Source: Cronobacter phage CS01
Reading direction: 5' to 3' (one strand)
Length of the DNA stretch: 47,666 bases
Sequence record: MH845412.1
A program made the position numbers and the translations under genes. Below the pieces are notes generated by a model. The model saw nothing but the letters and a program-made list of their open reading frames with translations. It made no database searches and was not told where the DNA came from. Shown here one piece after another: positions 43,231 to 47,666 of this stretch. Numbering within the stretch: position 1 is the stretch's first letter; every line of letters starts with the position of its first letter.

Positions 43231-45099
43231 ATGGCTATTTACAAAACCGGGCAGGCATCGGTTAGCGCCGATGGCGTCGTTACAGGTTACGGCACTAAAT
43301 GGAAAGACGCGCTTTCTCTGATCCGCAAAGGCTGCACCATTGCTTTTGCCACCAGCCCGACCACTTTCGCAACTATCAGTGATATCAGAACCGATACTGA
43401 GATGACGGTAACGGATGCCCCCGGCGTGGAAATTCCTCGCGGCGACTACGTGATCCTGTTAACAACCTCCATAACCGTTGACGGCCTGGCGCAAGATGTG
43501 GCGGAAACCCTTCGCTATTATCAGGGCCGGGAGACCCAATACGAGCAATTCGTCGAGTTCCTTGAAAACTTCGATTGGGAAAAGTTTGAAACGGTCACGC
43601 AAGATGTGAAGGCTAACGCTGATGCCGCCCAGGCAAGCGCAGACGCTGCCAAGACCAGCGAAACCAAAGCTGCCGCCAGCGCATCGGCTGCAAAAACGAG
43701 TGAGACGAATGCCGCCAATAGTGCGGCAAGCATTGGCAATGCTGAAAGAAATGCTGCTGCCAGCGCTGCCGCTGCCAAGACCAGCGAAACGAACGCGGCG
43801 GCAAGCGCCTCTGCGGCGGCTGGTAGTGCTTCTGCGGCAAAGACCAGCGAGACAAATGCAAAGACCAGCGAAACCAACGCTGCGTCCAGCGCTACCGCCG
43901 CAAACAACAGCAAAACCGCCGCTGCGACTTCCGCAACCAATGCCGCAGGTAGTGCTACCTCTGCGTCTAACAGCGCATCAGCGGCCAAGACCAGCGAAAC
44001 CAATGCTGCGTCCAGCGCTTCTGCGGCAAAGACCAGCGAAACCAACGCCGCCGCCAGCGCATCGGCTGCTGCCGGATCTGCAACGACAGCGAAGAATGAA
44101 GCTGATCGCGCAAAGAGTCTGGCAGACAGCCTGGATACCTCCAAGCTGATGATGAAGGGAAACAACCTTTCAGATGTTGCCAGTGTTTCACAAGCAAGGG
44201 CTAATCTTGGCCTGGGGGATGCGAGCAACGTTAACTTTAATAGCGTTACAACCTCTGGTGATATTAATGCAACAAGGACAAGTGACACACCAACTAGAAG
44301 CCCGGCCATCACATCAAGGATTGTCGGAAGTAATGGAACCGTTCTTGCTCAGGCTGAGTTGTGGGCCGATACCAATTCGAAATCAGTCGCCCTGGTAAAT
44401 AGAAACCCAACAGCGCCGCGTTTTTTTATGATTAACGACGATGGATCTGTGAACCCATCCGGCAGGATAATATCTAATTATGGCGCTGACTACGCTATGA
44501 ATCTTGCCGCTCCTATACTGGATGCAAGAAACGGATATGTAAACACGATCGCGTCGTCAAACAGCGTAAACTGTCACGTTTATTTTAAGAATGCTGACGA
44601 AAGAAATCGCGGAGTCATATATTGCAACGATAACCAGGTTATCAACATTCGACCGGACAACGTTGGAACTGGCGCAATTGGCAGCACATTAAGCATCAAT
44701 GGAGCAAATGGTGTTTGTACTGCCGTACAGTTTTCGTCAACTTCTGATGAGCGCGCAAAGTTCTGGATCAAGCCAGTAACAGACGCTCTAGATAAGGTTT
44801 GTTCGTTGAAAGGCGTTACATATTCAATGCACACAACGACGCAAAACACTGTCAGGAACGCCGGTCTTATTGCCCAAGATGTACAGAAAGTATTGCCGGA
44901 AGCTGTTCACGTTGGCGAGGTTGGCAAGACGCTTGATAAAAATTGCTTTGAGGTAGAGGATCCGTTAAGCCTTGACTACAACGCTATGTCAGCGCTTTAT
45001 GTGGAAGCATTTAAGGAGGTCAGATCGGAGATGCAGGCGATGAGAGATGAAATTCAGTCTCTAAAAGCGGAAATTGAGTTGCTTAAGAATCCACAATAA
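43231..45099 (+). CDS. tail fibre with C-terminal S74 intramolecular chaperone
   Basis: Conserved N-terminus, AAKTSETNAAASA repeats, C-terminal TSSDERAKFWIKPVTDALDKVCSLKGVTY...GLIAQDVQKVLPEAV. Confidence 0.88.
   Translation: MAIYKTGQASVSADGVVTGYGTKWKDALSLIRKGCTIAFATSPTTFATISDIRTDTEMTVTDAPGVEIPRGDYVILLTTSITVDGLAQDVAETLRYYQGRETQYEQFVEFLENFDWEKFETVTQDVKANADAAQASADAAKTSETKAAASASAAKTSETNAANSAASIGNAERNAAASAAAAKTSETNAAASASAAAGSASAAKTSETNAKTSETNAASSATAANNSKTAAATSATNAAGSATSASNSASAAKTSETNAASSASAAKTSETNAAASASAAAGSATTAKNEADRAKSLADSLDTSKLMMKGNNLSDVASVSQARANLGLGDASNVNFNSVTTSGDINATRTSDTPTRSPAITSRIVGSNGTVLAQAELWADTNSKSVALVNRNPTAPRFFMINDDGSVNPSGRIISNYGADYAMNLAAPILDARNGYVNTIASSNSVNCHVYFKNADERNRGVIYCNDNQVINIRPDNVGTGAIGSTLSINGANGVCTAVQFSSTSDERAKFWIKPVTDALDKVCSLKGVTYSMHTTTQNTVRNAGLIAQDVQKVLPEAVHVGEVGKTLDKNCFEVEDPLSLDYNAMSALYVEAFKEVRSEMQAMRDEIQSLKAEIELLKNPQ
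43640..44130 (+). repeat. coding tandem-like repeats (AAKTSET(N/K)AAASA...)
   Basis: Repeated GCCAAGACCAGCGAAACCAA units in the tail fibre gene. Confidence 0.85.
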
Positions 45100-45101
45100 A
45101 C

Positions 45102-45130
45102 AAAGGGGCCATTTGGCCCCTTTTTATTTT
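45102..45130. terminator. bidirectional terminator between convergent genes
   Basis: AAAGGGGCCatttGGCCCCTTTTTTATTTTT. Confidence 0.8.
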
Positions 45131-45132
45131 TA

Positions 45133-45573
45133 TCAGAATGGAATGTCGTCGTCGAAATCCATTGGCGGTTGATTATTCTGTTTCGGCTGCTCGCTTTGCT
45201 GCGGCTGTTGAGGTCGCCCCCAGCCGCTTTGCTGATTGCCGCCTCCAGTCTGCTGCGCGCCGCCGCGCTGGCTGAAATTGAGGTTAGCAAAACCGCCAGG
45301 CGATAACGTCAGATAAACCTTACCGTTGTGCTCATTGCTTTCCACTCTCAGCGTGTCGCAGGAAATGGAGACAACCTTGCCAAGCTGAAATGCTTCATCG
45401 TACCAGCCGCGAAGCGCGTCGTTTTTGGCATTGAAAAAGAATTTGTAGTTGGTGTATTGCGCGTTTCCTTCACGGTCTTTGAACCGCTCAGAGAGCTCCA
45501 CGATATAAAGCTTCCCGTTCGGCCCCTCTTTGGTAAAAGGCTCCTTTCGGATCTCGCCGGTAATAATGTGCAT
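45133..45573 (-). CDS. single-stranded DNA-binding protein
   Basis: Acidic tail DFDDDIPF, Gly/Gln/Pro-rich linker, adjacent to Erf. Confidence 0.85.
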   Translation of the reverse strand: MHIITGEIRKEPFTKEGPNGKLYIVELSERFKDREGNAQYTNYKFFFNAKNDALRGWYDEAFQLGKVVSISCDTLRVESNEHNGKVYLTLSPGGFANLNFSQRGGAQQTGGGNQQSGWGRPQQPQQSEQPKQNNQPPMDFDDDIPF

Positions 45574-45602
45574 TTATTTCTCCTGAAATGCCCCGAAGGG
45601 CA

Positions 45603-46262
45603 TTAATCAAAGTTTTCGATTGGCTGGCTTGAGGTTTCGAATGTTACCGGGCTTTCTTTGCCTGAGTCAACCGCAAGATTTTTGTTCACGTCATGAACAT
45701 CAAAGCCGCGCGCCGTTTCTGCCTCAAGCTCTGCCTTGCGCTTATCTTTGTGCTCGACGATGACGATTTTACTTGCCGGGTCGCACGACTGAATTGCAGA
45801 TCGGAAAAGAGACGCAAGCTCATCAACCGACTTGGCGCGGTCAAAGTCTCGCTTCCATTCTTCCGCCGACTTCATGGCGATCTGTGCATCGTCATCAGCT
45901 TGAGCAAGGCCCAGGGCGGCGGCGATTGCATAGCGTCGGGCGTATGTCAGCGCTGAGCCGCACGCCTGCGGATCGTTTTTTACAATGCAGATTTCGGAGT
46001 AATATTTCACCCACTGCCCGCTTTCATGAAGAATAGTTGTCTCAACCTTCATTCGCGATTTGTCGTCGCTTTCAAGCATGTCCTGCATCAGCATCAGATT
46101 GCTGTTGACCAGTGCCGGTGTGACGGCCTGCAAGATGCTATCCAGCGTCGCATAGGTGTTATGCAGATGGCTGTTCTTCTTGTCTTTCTTCACGGTCACA
46201 AACTGACGTTTTGCCTTTAACAGCGCTGGAAGAACTTGGTCGAATTTTTCGGAAAGTTTCAT
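45603..46262 (-). CDS. erf: Erf-like ssDNA annealing recombinase
   Basis: YATLDSILQAVTPALVNSNL...GSALTYARRYAIAAALGL. Confidence 0.88.
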   Translation of the reverse strand: MKLSEKFDQVLPALLKAKRQFVTVKKDKKNSHLHNTYATLDSILQAVTPALVNSNLMLMQDMLESDDKSRMKVETTILHESGQWVKYYSEICIVKNDPQACGSALTYARRYAIAAALGLAQADDDAQIAMKSAEEWKRDFDRAKSVDELASLFRSAIQSCDPASKIVIVEHKDKRKAELEAETARGFDVHDVNKNLAVDSGKESPVTFETSSQPIENFD

Positions 46263-46534
46263 TACTCACCATCCTTTTTGTTGTGGTGCTGGCGGATTTT
46301 TTCGATCAGCAACATGGTTTGGTCGTTCATCAGCTTTTCAGCTTCGGCGTCACCCTTGAGCATGGTCATGCGCAGGATAAGCTCATTACCGGCGACCATA
46401 ACCGAAATCATGTGTTCCAAAGTTTCGCGGTCTGCGTCCGGGTTGAAACCTGACACATAACCATAAACTAGCTCGCTGATTCGTGTAGTGATAAGAGACA
46501 CGAACTCCTGAGTGCTGATTTTTTCTTCTTTCAT
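46262..46534 (-). CDS. hypothetical
   Basis: 90 aa ORF upstream of erf, ATG overlap. Confidence 0.65.
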   Translation of the reverse strand: MKEEKISTQEFVSLITTRISELVYGYVSGFNPDADRETLEHMISVMVAGNELILRMTMLKGDAEAEKLMNDQTMLLIEKIRQHHNKKDGE

Positions 46535-46563
46535 AAATCACCTGCTTTGTTGATTGCGCTGGC

Positions 46564-46606
46564 ATTATAACTCTTGCCAGCCATGATGTTTAGCTATTTG
46601 TGCCAT
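46564..46606 (-). promoter_or_regulatory. marbox-like box plus perfect -10 (TATAAT), 17 bp apart
   Basis: ATGGCACAAATAGCTAAACA-N17-TATAAT; 14/14. Confidence 0.75.
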
Positions 46607-46607
46607 A

Positions 46608-47666
46608 TCAAAGATACTGGCTGTATTCTTTCAAAACCCATGCTGGCGTTTCAAGTTCAACCTCTGGCGCACCCAATTCGTAAGAGTGCCACTGGTTAGT
46701 TTTCTGGCAGATCGCGAACGTGTGGATGACCTGCATATACTGAATGCGCCCAATTTTAAGCTGCGCCTGGCTCATTCGAAAAGCTATCGGCAGATAAGGC
46801 TCTTTCTTCTCCTGAGCCAGCAGGCGCACGATAATAGGGCGTTTTTCTTCCGGATAGGCCGCCTTAAACAGATCACGCTGTAGCGCCATCTTGAGATAAT
46901 AGCCATAGTTGAACGCATGGCGTGCGAACTCTTTCGGGTTGGCGCTCTGCGTCGTCTTGTAGTCGGTTATCACGATGGCCGTTGGATAGAATTTTTCTTC
47001 ATACTCCGGCGTGCCGTCCGGCTTAGTGCCAACGATTTCTCTTACAGTCACGTTATGAACTATGTCAACGTGATCGAGTCGAACCTTAACCTTAACGCCA
47101 TTGATAACGCCAAATATGGAAAGCTCTCGCTGCGCAGTCGGGCTATTCATGCTCGCCGCGTGCTCCGGTATCTTCTCCAGTACGGCGCGCATTGCCAGGC
47201 AGGCATCGTAATCTTTCGGTGGAACAAGCTCGACGCCATCGGCGCGCGCCTGCGACTCTGCGATCATTTCTATAAGCCACCAGACGTTTAAGTCCACGCC
47301 GCAGTCAACCATCATTTTGATAAGTTCTGGATATGTCTTTCCGGAAGTACCTTTCAGGCCAAAAGATTTAAGCTTCGCTGCCAGCGCTGTCTGACTGGTA
47401 ATCAGATCCTTGTAGTCATCTTCGCTTGGTGCCCTGCGGTAGATGGATTTGAAAAGCTCTGCGCTCTCATAGTTGGTATGAGACTGTGTACCAAAAACCA
47501 GGGGCTTTGCTTTGTCATCGCGCGGCCTGAACTTCCACGCTGCCGGGCAGGACTGGAAAACTTCTGCAAGGCTCGATCCGCTCACATAGTCAGCCGTCCA
47601 CGCGTTCGGATCGTGATAGAAGTCGTTAGTCATCTGGTCGCGCGTGAAAACTTTAAAATCACTCAT
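46608..47666 (-). CDS. RecE/DUF3799-like PDDEXK exonuclease
   Basis: SSLAEVFQSCPAAWKF...FGTQSHTNYES...VRLDHVDI...IVITDYKTTQSANPKEFARHAFNYGYYLKMALQRDLF. Confidence 0.82.
   Translation of the reverse strand: MSDFKVFTRDQMTNDFYHDPNAWTADYVSGSSLAEVFQSCPAAWKFRPRDDKAKPLVFGTQSHTNYESAELFKSIYRRAPSEDDYKDLITSQTALAAKLKSFGLKGTSGKTYPELIKMMVDCGVDLNVWWLIEMIAESQARADGVELVPPKDYDACLAMRAVLEKIPEHAASMNSPTAQRELSIFGVINGVKVKVRLDHVDIVHNVTVREIVGTKPDGTPEYEEKFYPTAIVITDYKTTQSANPKEFARHAFNYGYYLKMALQRDLFKAAYPEEKRPIIVRLLAQEKKEPYLPIAFRMSQAQLKIGRIQYMQVIHTFAICQKTNQWHSYELGAPEVELETPAWVLKEYSQYL

Noticed and set aside
43640-44130. CRISPR-like or intergenic repeat array
   Set aside because: Repeats are inside and in frame with the tail fibre coding sequence and have no unique spacers.
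43521-44312. 263-aa minus-strand ORF within the tail fibre gene
   Set aside because: Low-complexity antisense of the Ala/Ser/Thr repeat, an artefact of repeat codons.
1-47666. tRNA genes, IS elements, attachment sites, retrons
   Set aside because: None recognised by eye; tRNAscan-SE, ISfinder and myRT searches would be needed to exclude them formally.

Overview
The window is almost entirely one lytic tailed-phage genome, best read as a T1-like (Drexlerviridae-type) siphovirus of an enterobacterial host; that placement comes from gene order and protein sequence, since no search was run. On the minus strand it carries terminase small/large, portal, gpF-like head protein, DUF2213 protein, two paralogous decoration-like proteins, DUF2184-type major capsid, connector/completion proteins, tail tube, a G/GT tail chaperone pair with an in-frame A-AAA-AAC -1 slippery site, tape measure, and lambda-like M-L-K-I-J. 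It also carries early small genes, a lysis cassette (holin, SAR-type lysozyme, putative unimolecular spanin), a Dam-like methylase, VRR-NUC nuclease, SF2 helicase, SSB, Erf and a RecE/DUF3799-like exonuclease. On the plus strand are early small genes, a C5-MTase-like protein, a DUF3987-like ATPase, an HTH regulator, a primase and an S74-type tail fibre. No integrase, tRNA, CRISPR array or IS element was recognised. The most notable observation is a dispersed control cassette, absent from the ORF track: about 14 good copies plus one weak copy, on both strands, always upstream of a gene in the direction of transcription. Each has a 20-bp box with core TAGCAC-N3/4-TTGCTAAAC that matches the published degenerate marbox (AYnGCACnnWnnRYYAAAYn, recalled from memory), including three perfect matches. 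Each box lies exactly 18 bp (17 in two cases) upstream of a -10-like hexamer, with no good -35. The box usually overlaps the stop codon of the preceding gene, the box/-10 spacer often contains a GC-rich hairpin, and several copies are followed by an ACCAACCAATGAGG-like leader. This is the geometry of a class II activator promoter and suggests the phage early/middle regulon is driven by host Rob/MarA/SoxS, or by a regulator imitating them.
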